The notes under the pieces: model-generated
Seen by the model: only the letters and a program-made list of their open reading frames with translations
Told to the model about the DNA's origin: nothing
Database searches by the model: none
Part shown: positions 29,244 to 38,756 of the stretch, in pieces
Layout of the letters: each line of letters opens with the position of its first letter
How positions within the stretch are numbered: position 1 is the first letter of the stretch
NCBI GenBank assembly: GCA_900555615.1
Contig: USMB01000003.1
Coordinates: 1-63,539 of the forward strand
Direction: 5' to 3'
Origin: an uncultured Clostridium sp.
GTDB lineage: Bacteria > Bacillota > Clostridia > TANB77 > CAG-508
Length of the DNA stretch: 63,539 nucleotides
Program-made: the position numbers and the translations under genes

Positions 29244-29933
29244 TCATTTATTCTTTCTAGTTATCGCTCTTATAAATACAATTGAAAATATCATATTTAC
29301 CATGTATTTCATTGATTTGATTGGAGTTAAATAACTTGTTCCAAATTCTCTTTCTTTCATTTCAACTTGTACTTCTTTTACTTTCAAACCTTTTTTTAAC
29401 ATATATACCATTGTATCAGGTTCAGGTGTTAAGCTTGTATTTCTTATAAATTCCCAAATTGCTTTTTTGTTATATGCCCTCATTCCAGATGTTGTATCTT
29501 TTATTGTTTTTCCAGTTGTTAATTTTGTAAAAAATGTTATTATTCTACTTCCTAGCATTCTGGCTGTTAATGGCTTTTTCTTAGTTGCAAATCTAGAACC
29601 TATTACTATATCTGCATTATTTTCTTCTATTTCTTTTACTAAATCTTTTAAATATTTAGCTTGGTGTTGTCCATCTCCATCAAATTGAATTGCTATATCA
29701 TAATTATTTTTATATGCATATTTCATTCCTAATTGAATTCCACTAGTTAATCCATAATTAATAGGTAATGATAACATATTAAATTTGTTTTTTTCACATA
29801 ACTCTTTTGTATTGTCTTTTGAACAATCATTTATTACTATGTAGTCATAATCAGTATTTTCGGTAACATCTTTTACTGTTTTTTCTATATTTTGTGCTTC
29901 ATTATAAGCTGGTATTATTATTAAAACTTTCAT
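29244..29933 (-). CDS. GT2 polyprenol-phosphate sugar synthase (DPM1-like, no TM)
   Basis: IIIPAYNEAQNI, NDCSKD and QFDGDGQH motifs. 229 aa. Confidence 0.75.
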   Translation of the reverse strand: MKVLIIIPAYNEAQNIEKTVKDVTENTDYDYIVINDCSKDNTKELCEKNKFNMLSLPINYGLTSGIQLGMKYAYKNNYDIAIQFDGDGQHQAKYLKDLVKEIEENNADIVIGSRFATKKKPLTARMLGSRIITFFTKLTTGKTIKDTTSGMRAYNKKAIWEFIRNTSLTPEPDTMVYMLKKGLKVKEVQVEMKEREFGTSYLTPIKSMKYMVNMIFSIVFIRAITRKNK

Positions 29934-29967
29934 TAATTAAATTCCTTTCACAATATTCTTATTATAT

Positions 29968-31530
29968 TTATTTAAAAAAATTTATTATCGATTCTACTAT
30001 ATTAGCATTAAAAAAAACTATAAGTATTGGATATATTAAATTTACATTTTTTAATTTTATATATCTTTCCTTTCCACACATACATAATAATAATAATATA
30101 ACACCTGGCATAAAATATCTTCCCTGTATTCCTTTTATTATATCTGTTCCAACTCCAGAATGTCCTACATATAATGCTGTTAATGTTAATACAAATATTA
30201 TTAAAAATGTACCTATAAAAACTAATTTATCTCCTATTTTTAATTCTTTATCATTCTTTTCCAAAAATGGTGAAAACAATAACATTATAAAATATATATC
30301 TAACCAAATTCTTTTTACTCCAATATCCATCCATCCTAAACTAAATCCCATAAACCATAGATAATAATTTTCAATATTTACATCAATAGTATTACATAAT
30401 ACTTTAATATAAGAAATTGGATGTGTTAGTATAAATTTTATTTGTTCTACTGAATTTATATTATTTTGTATTGCATATATATCTTCTGTTGCCTCTCCTT
30501 TTGGCTCTAATAATATCCATAAAACTCCAACTACTAATCCAACTACAATTGTAGCTATTATAAATTTTATTTTTTCGTTCTTTGTCATTTCTTTCACTCT
30601 AATTAAAATTATAGATATCAACACAATAGGGAAATATACTATCTTTTGAACTGATACAAGTGCAGCCAAAGCAATATATAAAATCTTATTTTTTTTATTT
30701 ATTTTTTCTTTATAGTATAAATTTAGTGTGTATGCTATAAACAACAATATAGTTGAATTTGTAATACTATCTGCAGACAATGATATTGCTTGATGTACAG
30801 ACATTGGTATTAGCAAATATGTCATTAATAATATTTTTCCAAATGGCATTATTTTTATAGCATAATATCCACATATTAAAAATATAATAAAATTCACTAT
30901 TCTAGCTAAATATAGTACAATAATTCCATTTATATTAAATATTCTTCCAATTAAAAACATAATAGTATTAGGAAAATATAATGTTGGAAAATATGAATAT
31001 GCAGGGTTGTCTACTTCTACTTTATCATCATAATTTGTATTTTTCTGCAATTCTTCATTTAGTTTGTTATATTTATTTAATGTTTTATGATTATTTTCTA
31101 CAAAAAAGCTAGGAATATTAGATTTTATTAAGTTTTTTTCATTTGTCTTTGTAAATAAAATTCCTTCCGAAATTTCATAGCTTCTGTAAATATGTGCATT
31201 TTCATCTGGAGCATATGTAGGTGTTAAAAACACTAAATATGCCATTCCTATTGGTATTGCAATTGCTAGAAATATTTTTTCTAATTTATCTTTATTTTTT
31301 AAAATTGTAACTATAACTATCCCTAGTGCTATTATCCCTGTTATCCCACATATAATTAGATAAACTTTTGAATAATATCCTTCATATGCTTTAGTAGTAA
31401 TAAATTTGTAAAAGCTTGTCATAAAAATTCCTATAATAAGAAATTCTATTATAAAAACAAATTTCACAAAAATTTCTTTTATTTTTAGTAACCACTCTTT
31501 AATTACTAGCAATTCTTTTTTATCGTTCAT
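29968..31530 (-). CDS. polytopic membrane protein, DUF2142/GT-C-like (candidate extracytoplasmic glycosyltransferase)
   Basis: 520 aa with more than 10 TM helices. An acidic first loop (APDENAH) resembles GT-C enzymes. Context is GT2, DUF2304-like protein, then this protein. Confidence 0.5.
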   Translation of the reverse strand: MNDKKELLVIKEWLLKIKEIFVKFVFIIEFLIIGIFMTSFYKFITTKAYEGYYSKVYLIICGITGIIALGIVIVTILKNKDKLEKIFLAIAIPIGMAYLVFLTPTYAPDENAHIYRSYEISEGILFTKTNEKNLIKSNIPSFFVENNHKTLNKYNKLNEELQKNTNYDDKVEVDNPAYSYFPTLYFPNTIMFLIGRIFNINGIIVLYLARIVNFIIFLICGYYAIKIMPFGKILLMTYLLIPMSVHQAISLSADSITNSTILLFIAYTLNLYYKEKINKKNKILYIALAALVSVQKIVYFPIVLISIILIRVKEMTKNEKIKFIIATIVVGLVVGVLWILLEPKGEATEDIYAIQNNINSVEQIKFILTHPISYIKVLCNTIDVNIENYYLWFMGFSLGWMDIGVKRIWLDIYFIMLLFSPFLEKNDKELKIGDKLVFIGTFLIIFVLTLTALYVGHSGVGTDIIKGIQGRYFMPGVILLLLCMCGKERYIKLKNVNLIYPILIVFFNANIVESIINFFK

Positions 31531-31539
31531 TATTATCTC

Positions 31540-33825
31540 CTATTTTTTTATCTTATATTTTTCTAAAACATTTCTAGTAGCTTGAATATAAGCATATCCA
31601 TAATTTCTATCAGGCTCTAAGCAAGCACCTTCAGCCCACTCATTCCAAGCATTTACAAATATCATTTTATCATCTAGTTCATCATTTTCTAATGTTTCTT
31701 TGGCTAAATCTTCTAACCAAGTCTCATATAATTTAGGGGTTGAACCCCAAAATATATCTGGTGTAAACTGTCTTCTTGGTGAATTGTCCCAAGCTGGAAA
31801 AATTCCTCTATATAACTTATGGTCAAATGGTCTTAAATAAGTTTTTTCATCTACCATTCTCTTATAATCATAAACAACACCTTTAAATTCTTTATTAAAG
31901 AACTTTAACTTATCATTCATTACTTTAATTTCCATTCCAAATGGTGGAAATTCTATAAATCCATCAAATATATTTTTATATTCGTCTGTTATATCAAAAG
32001 TTTTTACTCCCATTATATATGCTTCACCAATTCCAACTTTTCTTAAATAGTTTCTCCAATTTTCAACCATTACTTGAATATTTGGAATCAATGTTGGCTT
32101 ATATATTATAATTAATGGTTTTCCATCTATTTTTATATATCTTTCATCTCTTATATATTTTTCCATATCTTTTATGCAATATATTAGTTTTTCTTCATCA
32201 TAATTTTGAGCCATTAAAATTTCTTTATCTCCGCCGTCCCATCTCTTTGACCAATTCTCATTAGCCCAATTTATGCAGAATTTTATATCTAAATCTTTAT
32301 TTTCTAATATTATATCTAATGGCTTTTCCATTAGTCTTTTTCTGTCAAACCAATAATAGTAAATAGACCAACCATATATTCCATATTGTTTTGCAATTTC
32401 TATTTGCTTTTTAATATTTTCTTTTTGTGATAAATCATAAAAACCAACATCATATGGTAGTTTTGGTTGCATTTGCCCAACAAAATGAGGAAATGCTTTT
32501 GTTACATTGTTCCATTCAGTAAATCCCTTTCCCCACCATTCATCATTTTCTTTAAATGAATGATATTGTGGTAAATAGTGAGCTATAATCTTTAAATCAT
32601 TTTCAGTCCTTTCATATGGCTTTTCGTTATATGGTACAAATGTAGGCTTTTTTTCTGGTTTATCAAAGTTGCTATACATTTGATCTAATAATTTTTTATA
32701 ATCATCTATATTTACATCATAATTATATTGTAATCCCCCATTAGCTTTCATTTGTTTCTTGTTTCTATAATTGTGTATTTGAGCATATATTGATGGAAAA
32801 TATGTCTGTAATATCTTTTTTGCCAACTGTTTCATTCCAATCTTCTCCTTAAATAATTTTACATTTATTACATAAAAAGCTCTGTATATGTATGCAAATA
32901 ATGGATAGTTGTACATTAATGAAAATTGTTTTATATATTTATCATCTTCATATTTATACAAATTCTTAAACGGCTTTTTACTTTTTAAAACTATAAATTT
33001 TATATTTTGAATTGATTTCAAATAGTTTATTCCATCATCTACAACTGGTTTTAAATCTTTATTCAATACATCCATTCTTTTTTGCAATATTTCCAATATT
33101 TGAATATGATTTGTTATTAAATGTCGTCTTAATCCTCTTGTAAATTTATAAATTGTCTTTGTTGTTACATATCCTATTTGATTATTTCCATGTTGTCTAT
33201 ATTTTATTAATGGCTTTTCTATATATCCAATTTCTCCATAAGAACCTGCAACTATCCCTATCCACCAATCATGCACAATTGGATATCCTGGCAATGGCAA
33301 TAATTTGTCTATTAATTTGCTATTAACAATTGTAGTACAACCAGTTATACAATTAGTCATCAAACAACTTCTATAGTCTCTGCTTTTTTTTATCTTATTT
33401 TTTATATTGTAATCAGGCCAATATTCCCACATAGATGGATGGATTGTATTCAAATTTTTATCTACTACTTCCAAATCTGAACAAACAAGATTTAGATTTT
33501 CTGTAGTTATTTTTTTATAAGATTCTTCAACTTTATTTGGTAACCAAAAATCATCTTGATCAGATAACATAAAGTAATCTGAAGTTACAAATCCTAACAA
33601 TTTTTCAAAATTTTTATTATAACCTAGATTTTTTTCATTTTTAATTATTTTGATTCTGCTATCTTTTTGTGCATATTCTTCAAGTATTTTCCATGTATTG
33701 TCTTTTGAACAATCATCACAAATAATTAAATTAAAATCTTTAAATGTTTGGTCTAAAATACTTTCTATTTGTGGTCTTAAATACTTTTCGCCATTATATG
33801 TTGCCATTAATATATCTACTTTCAT
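31540..33825 (-). CDS. bifunctional-looking GT2 (RgpB-like) fused to a WbsX/GH99-like domain
   Basis: The N-terminus has ATYNGEKYLRPQIESILDQ, DDCSKD and SDQDDFW. The C-terminal half has IAHYLPQYHSFKENDEWWGKGFTEWNNV, the WbsX-family signature. Confidence 0.75.
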   Translation of the reverse strand: MKVDILMATYNGEKYLRPQIESILDQTFKDFNLIICDDCSKDNTWKILEEYAQKDSRIKIIKNEKNLGYNKNFEKLLGFVTSDYFMLSDQDDFWLPNKVEESYKKITTENLNLVCSDLEVVDKNLNTIHPSMWEYWPDYNIKNKIKKSRDYRSCLMTNCITGCTTIVNSKLIDKLLPLPGYPIVHDWWIGIVAGSYGEIGYIEKPLIKYRQHGNNQIGYVTTKTIYKFTRGLRRHLITNHIQILEILQKRMDVLNKDLKPVVDDGINYLKSIQNIKFIVLKSKKPFKNLYKYEDDKYIKQFSLMYNYPLFAYIYRAFYVINVKLFKEKIGMKQLAKKILQTYFPSIYAQIHNYRNKKQMKANGGLQYNYDVNIDDYKKLLDQMYSNFDKPEKKPTFVPYNEKPYERTENDLKIIAHYLPQYHSFKENDEWWGKGFTEWNNVTKAFPHFVGQMQPKLPYDVGFYDLSQKENIKKQIEIAKQYGIYGWSIYYYWFDRKRLMEKPLDIILENKDLDIKFCINWANENWSKRWDGGDKEILMAQNYDEEKLIYCIKDMEKYIRDERYIKIDGKPLIIIYKPTLIPNIQVMVENWRNYLRKVGIGEAYIMGVKTFDITDEYKNIFDGFIEFPPFGMEIKVMNDKLKFFNKEFKGVVYDYKRMVDEKTYLRPFDHKLYRGIFPAWDNSPRRQFTPDIFWGSTPKLYETWLEDLAKETLENDELDDKMIFVNAWNEWAEGACLEPDRNYGYAYIQATRNVLEKYKIKK

Positions 33826-33849
33826 TATTTGCTACATCCTTTCTTATTA

Positions 33850-35583
33850 TTAAACATTTACTTTAAACAATTGCCCCTTTTCAAATTTCAAATTAACATT
33901 ATAATTTGGATCTGGTTTATTTAATTTATTTTTCCATTTTTCATAAAATTCATTTTTCCCTGTTTTTTCAGTAATTTCTAATGATTCTAATTCTATATGT
34001 GGATTTATTACATTCAATTTATTATATTTCTTAAATAATGTAAAAGCTAAATCTGCTATAGAATCGGAATAATCCATATTCTCTGCTAAATATCCCACAT
34101 TTGCCAAATCTTCTTTATTAACCATTATACATTCAGATTTTATTATTGAATAATTTTCTACTACAGCACCTCTTGTTATGTATCCGAAACTTCCTGCAAC
34201 ATCTATATAATCTAAATATCCAATTTTCTCTTTGTCCACTCCATATACAGTTCCATTATATTGCGAACTTGTATATTTGTATATTATTCTTGGAGAAATA
34301 ACTCCAACATCTCCTCTTTGAACAAATCCTAATAATTGCTCTATAAAATCTTTAGTCTTTATATCTTGTATATCTTTAGCAAAAATTATTTGTTTACTAT
34401 TAGTATTTTTTGCTAACCTATTTAAAATTTTCACAATATCATTTGAATTTTCTATTGTTTTAAAAGTGATTTTATTCATTTCTGAAAATTCCTTATATTC
34501 AGGCTTTTCAGAAAATTCTTGTGTTGTTATAAGATTTATTTCAAAATTTTTATATGTTATTTGAGCTATATCTTGTTTTAATTTATTTAAATCAATTCTA
34601 ACATCTTGCAAATATAGTAATATAAGTACTTTTGAATCTTCTTTTCTTTCATATACAGCTCTATTTCTTACAATTGCTACTCCATATTCCATTTTTCCTT
34701 GAGTTAAGCCTTTTCTTTTTAAATGCTCTTGTACTGCATTTTTTCCAGCCTCAAAACAATATGGTTTTGCTTCTGCACTTCCAGCTGTTGAACTTGGACA
34801 TGCTCTCCAATGATATAATATTTGAGGAATATGCACAACTTTTTTTGAATTTTCTACAGCCCTTAAAATCAAGTCATAGTCTTGGCTTCCATCAAACTGC
34901 TCATTAAATCCTTTTAACTTGTCCATTAATTCTTTCTTAAAAATACTAAAATGACAAATATAATTGTAACTTGTAAATGTGTCAAATGAATAATCTGGTT
35001 TAAAATTTGGCTCATATCTAGTTTTTTTATTGATATCTACAAATTTATCTTCATCTGTAAAAAGATATTCTGCATCTGGATTTTCATTTATTGCTTTTAC
35101 AATTTCATATAGTGAATTTAGTGGTATTAAATCATCATGGTCTAATAATGCAACATAATCACCAGTCACCATTTTTAATGCTTCATTTGTATTGCCAGAA
35201 ATCCCTTTGTTCTCGTCTAATATCTTATATTTTATTCTCTTATCTTTTTGTGCTATCTTTTCAAGATAACTTAAAGGTGTTGTACTTCCATCTGCTAAAC
35301 ATAGCTCCCAATTTGAATATGTTTGTTTTTTCACAAATTTAATTAATTCTAGTAAATATTTTTTTGGCGTATTATATAATGGAACTACTATACTAATTTT
35401 GGGTTGATATTTAAATTCATGTTTTCTTTGAATTTGTAACTCCTTTTTAGTAGGAGTATTTCTTTTTATCCATTTATAATACTCTTCTTTTTCTTCATTT
35501 TTCAAATATTTTTTTATCTTCAAAACACAACCTTTAATTCCATCATTTTTTAAAGAATTTACCACTTTTTTTATAATACTCAT
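33850..35583 (-). CDS. GT2 glycosyltransferase (large, with an N-terminal GT2 domain)
   Basis: ISIVVPLYNTPKKYL, ADGS and LLDHDD motifs. Overlaps the stop of the upstream gene by 4 nt. Confidence 0.75.
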   Translation of the reverse strand: MSIIKKVVNSLKNDGIKGCVLKIKKYLKNEEKEEYYKWIKRNTPTKKELQIQRKHEFKYQPKISIVVPLYNTPKKYLLELIKFVKKQTYSNWELCLADGSTTPLSYLEKIAQKDKRIKYKILDENKGISGNTNEALKMVTGDYVALLDHDDLIPLNSLYEIVKAINENPDAEYLFTDEDKFVDINKKTRYEPNFKPDYSFDTFTSYNYICHFSIFKKELMDKLKGFNEQFDGSQDYDLILRAVENSKKVVHIPQILYHWRACPSSTAGSAEAKPYCFEAGKNAVQEHLKRKGLTQGKMEYGVAIVRNRAVYERKEDSKVLILLYLQDVRIDLNKLKQDIAQITYKNFEINLITTQEFSEKPEYKEFSEMNKITFKTIENSNDIVKILNRLAKNTNSKQIIFAKDIQDIKTKDFIEQLLGFVQRGDVGVISPRIIYKYTSSQYNGTVYGVDKEKIGYLDYIDVAGSFGYITRGAVVENYSIIKSECIMVNKEDLANVGYLAENMDYSDSIADLAFTLFKKYNKLNVINPHIELESLEITEKTGKNEFYEKWKNKLNKPDPNYNVNLKFEKGQLFKVNV

Positions 35584-37415
35584 TTAGTTTCCTTCCTATT
35601 TTTTAAAGAATTTTTAATCCCAGTTATTTTTTTTGCAATTTTCCAACTTCTTGAATCATATATTCCTTCTAATTTTCTTTTCATCTCATCATTTTGTTTT
35701 TCTAAATCTTTTTGAATCATCTTTTGTTCTTGAATTATCTTTTCTTTTTCTTCCTTTAGTTCTTCATTTTCTTGTTCTAATTTTCTTTTCTCTTCTCTTA
35801 AATAATAGTTTTCATATATTGGATTAGTATGTTTCCTCTGGAAAAATCCAAAAATATCTTTGTCTATAATTTCCTCTGTTATTTTTCCATCTAACTCTTC
35901 AAAAAGAGTAATATATTTTTCTATTCCCATTTTTTCAAAAATTTTATATTCATCTATTTTGCTTCTTAGTTTTTCAACATTCATAATGCTTCTATATATT
36001 AAAAATTCCATTGGAACATTTTCTTCTACCCATTCTTGGTCAAAAAACACACATTTTCCGTCAATTATAAAACAATTTTTTAAAATCATATCCCAATATC
36101 CGTTTGATAAATATTTAAATTTTGATAAAATACTTTTATCTACGTTAGGAATATATTTTTCTAGCACTGTTCGTTCTTTTTCGTTATAGTCAACACTTAT
36201 TTTCAACAATTCTTCTTTATATTTATTTAAAATTCTTAATATTTCCTCAGGATTTTTTACATTATCAGATACTAGTTGCGAAGCTAACTTTATATTTACA
36301 AATTTGCTTACAACTTTATCGTTTTCAGCTTCATCCAATATTTCTATGTTTTCTTTTTTTAGATTTTCTATATTGTTAATCATAGATTTTAGATGTTCTC
36401 TTGCTTTGTCATTTATACTTGTTTTTTCTACTACTTTTTCCCTTATCTTAGTCATTAATTGATATTCTTCTTTTCTATAATTATTAAAAGATACATATCT
36501 TGTGTCATCCTTAAATTCCTCTTGTGATGCTACTATAAAATAAGAATTTGCAAAAAACGGAAACATTTTTTTATCTTCTTTTATTATTGCATCATAAGCA
36601 TCAACTTCACTATAAAATACTGAACTATTTTCTTTATAATATGGAAAATAACCATTTATTTTAGAACTACTTGGTAAATATTCATCTGTAAATATTGAAC
36701 TTGGCAATTTATAATCTGGCAATGGATAAAAGAATTTATAATTACTCAATCCTGCTTTGCTCAATATATCTTTAATACTCTTTTTCCCTAATTTATATGT
36801 TTTTTTACTGCTTTTATATCCTGTTATAGAATCAAATGTTATTCCTGTACATTTGTCAAAATCTCCTACATATGATTTTAATGCAAACTTATTATCTGTA
36901 GCTATTAATAATTTTCCATTTTCTTTTAGCAAACTTTTACAATACATTATTAAATCTAATGCTGGATCTTCTGTTTCAAAAATATTTTGTGCAAATTCTA
37001 AAACACCAAATAATGTTATATAATCAAACTTTTCTTCAAATTTAATTTCTTGGGGCCTACCTACTATTATTTCTAGATTATCCTTATTTTCATATCTTTT
37101 AGCAATTGCTTCAGCTCTTTTTTTGCTTATATCTGTTGAAACTACTTTTGCACACTTTTCACATAAAGCTCCTGTATTTTCACCTAAATGTGCACCAATT
37201 TCAAGTACTATTGAGTCATGAACAAAATCATATGACTTTACAAGGTTTTCTCTAATTTGTGACAATCCTAAAATAACATCATCACACAAGTCTTTTTTTA
37301 CTATATTTTCATAATCTTTTTCTTTATTTGCATATATATATTCTATTACCTTTTCTTCACCTTTTTTTAATCCGAAATCATTTTCTGGCTTGTAATAATC
37401 TAAATTTAATTTCAT
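35580..37415 (-). CDS. class I SAM-dependent methyltransferase with a large middle domain and C-terminal coiled coil (WbdD-like chain-terminator candidate)
   Basis: VLEIGAHLGENTG motif I. The C-terminus has a heptad-rich stretch, LEQENEELKEEKEKIIQEQKMIQKDLEKQNDEMKRKLE, then SRSWKIAKKI. I prefer the ATG at 37415 over the TTG at 37448. Confidence 0.7.
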   Translation of the reverse strand: MKLNLDYYKPENDFGLKKGEEKVIEYIYANKEKDYENIVKKDLCDDVILGLSQIRENLVKSYDFVHDSIVLEIGAHLGENTGALCEKCAKVVSTDISKKRAEAIAKRYENKDNLEIIVGRPQEIKFEEKFDYITLFGVLEFAQNIFETEDPALDLIMYCKSLLKENGKLLIATDNKFALKSYVGDFDKCTGITFDSITGYKSSKKTYKLGKKSIKDILSKAGLSNYKFFYPLPDYKLPSSIFTDEYLPSSSKINGYFPYYKENSSVFYSEVDAYDAIIKEDKKMFPFFANSYFIVASQEEFKDDTRYVSFNNYRKEEYQLMTKIREKVVEKTSINDKAREHLKSMINNIENLKKENIEILDEAENDKVVSKFVNIKLASQLVSDNVKNPEEILRILNKYKEELLKISVDYNEKERTVLEKYIPNVDKSILSKFKYLSNGYWDMILKNCFIIDGKCVFFDQEWVEENVPMEFLIYRSIMNVEKLRSKIDEYKIFEKMGIEKYITLFEELDGKITEEIIDKDIFGFFQRKHTNPIYENYYLREEKRKLEQENEELKEEKEKIIQEQKMIQKDLEKQNDEMKRKLEGIYDSRSWKIAKKITGIKNSLKNRKETK

Positions 37416-37428
37416 AAGCCCTATCCCC

Positions 37429-38730
37429 TTATTTATCCTTTTTTTCAATATTTATTTCTGTATCTAAACTTAATATTCCTACATGTTCTTTTGATGAAAT
37501 TATTTCTACTAATAGTGCATCATATTTTCTATTTAATACCTCTAATTCTCCATTAGGTTTGAAATGTGTACAACTAAATGACAATGTATATTTATTAGGA
37601 GCAACTTGTAATCTTGTTTTAAATGACACTTCTACAATATCACCCTTCTGATATTTTCCTGTTGCTATTTTTTCTATTAATGTATTAGTTCCACAAACTT
37701 CTAATCCATTAAAGTCTTTTAAAGTCATAGTAAAAATAGGTTCATTTATTGTATCATTAAAACGTATTTTAGACTTTAATATAACATTTTTAGCATTGTC
37801 TATTGATTGAAGGTAATTTCCATTTTCATCAAAAATACCATAATCAATTACTTCTGCTTGTCCATTTCCATATTCAATTATTTTGTTATTTTGAGTAAAA
37901 TGTGATTTCCAAGTATCTTTAGCTTTTTCTTTTTTAAAATTACTTTCTAAGCTTACTTCTTTTTTATTTTCTTTAGACTCATTTGTATCGTCTAATCCAA
38001 CTATAATCTTTTTATATTTTTCAACTCCTTCTTTTACTCCACCATCAAATATTTTCTTTCCTGAACTAATTATAATTGTTCTAGTACAATTTTTTAATAC
38101 ATCAGTTATGCTGTGAGTAACAAAAAGGATTGTTTTTCCAGTTTTTTTGAATTGTTCAAATTTTTTAAAACACTTTAATTGGAATGCCATATCTCCAACA
38201 GACAAAACCTCATCAACAATTAATATTTCTGGATCTACATTTATAGCACATGAAAATGCAAGCCTTGCAAACATACCTGAAGAGTATGTTTTTACTGGTT
38301 GATACAAATGTTCTCCAATATCAGCAAAATCTATTATTTCTTGCTTTCTTTCTTCAATTTGTTCATTTGTAAGTCCCATAACTTGGCCATGTTGATAAAT
38401 ATTTTCAATTCCTGTTAATTCCATATTAAAAGCTGTTCCAAGCTCTAACAGTGAACTAATTTTTCCATTTGTTTTTATTTCTCCACTAGTTGGAGTTACT
38501 ACTCCTGTAACCATTTTTAGCAATGTAGATTTTCCTGCACCATTCTTTCCAAGTATACCTAATATTTCTCCTTTTTTTACCTCTAAATTTAAATTATCCA
38601 TTGCTCTAAATGTAGTATGTCTTTCTACACCAGGAAAAATTGCTTCTATTAATCTGTCTTTTTTCGTTGGATACATTTTATATTCTTTTGTTAAATTTTT
38701 GATTTCAATAGCAATTTCTTTTTGTTCCAA
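37429..38730 (-). CDS. polysaccharide ABC exporter ATP-binding protein (Wzt/TagH-like) with an extra C-terminal beta-rich domain
   Basis: Walker A GKNGAGKST, signature YSSGM, Walker B ILIVDEVLSVGD. About 170 further residues resemble Wzt C-terminal carbohydrate-binding domains. The start is uncertain (TTG 38730 or GTG 38739). Confidence 0.8.
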   Translation of the reverse strand: MEQKEIAIEIKNLTKEYKMYPTKKDRLIEAIFPGVERHTTFRAMDNLNLEVKKGEILGILGKNGAGKSTLLKMVTGVVTPTSGEIKTNGKISSLLELGTAFNMELTGIENIYQHGQVMGLTNEQIEERKQEIIDFADIGEHLYQPVKTYSSGMFARLAFSCAINVDPEILIVDEVLSVGDMAFQLKCFKKFEQFKKTGKTILFVTHSITDVLKNCTRTIIISSGKKIFDGGVKEGVEKYKKIIVGLDDTNESKENKKEVSLESNFKKEKAKDTWKSHFTQNNKIIEYGNGQAEVIDYGIFDENGNYLQSIDNAKNVILKSKIRFNDTINEPIFTMTLKDFNGLEVCGTNTLIEKIATGKYQKGDIVEVSFKTRLQVAPNKYTLSFSCTHFKPNGELEVLNRKYDALLVEIISSKEHVGILSLDTEINIEKKDK

Positions 38731-38756
38731 TCTCCTCACCCTTCCTTATAGTATCT

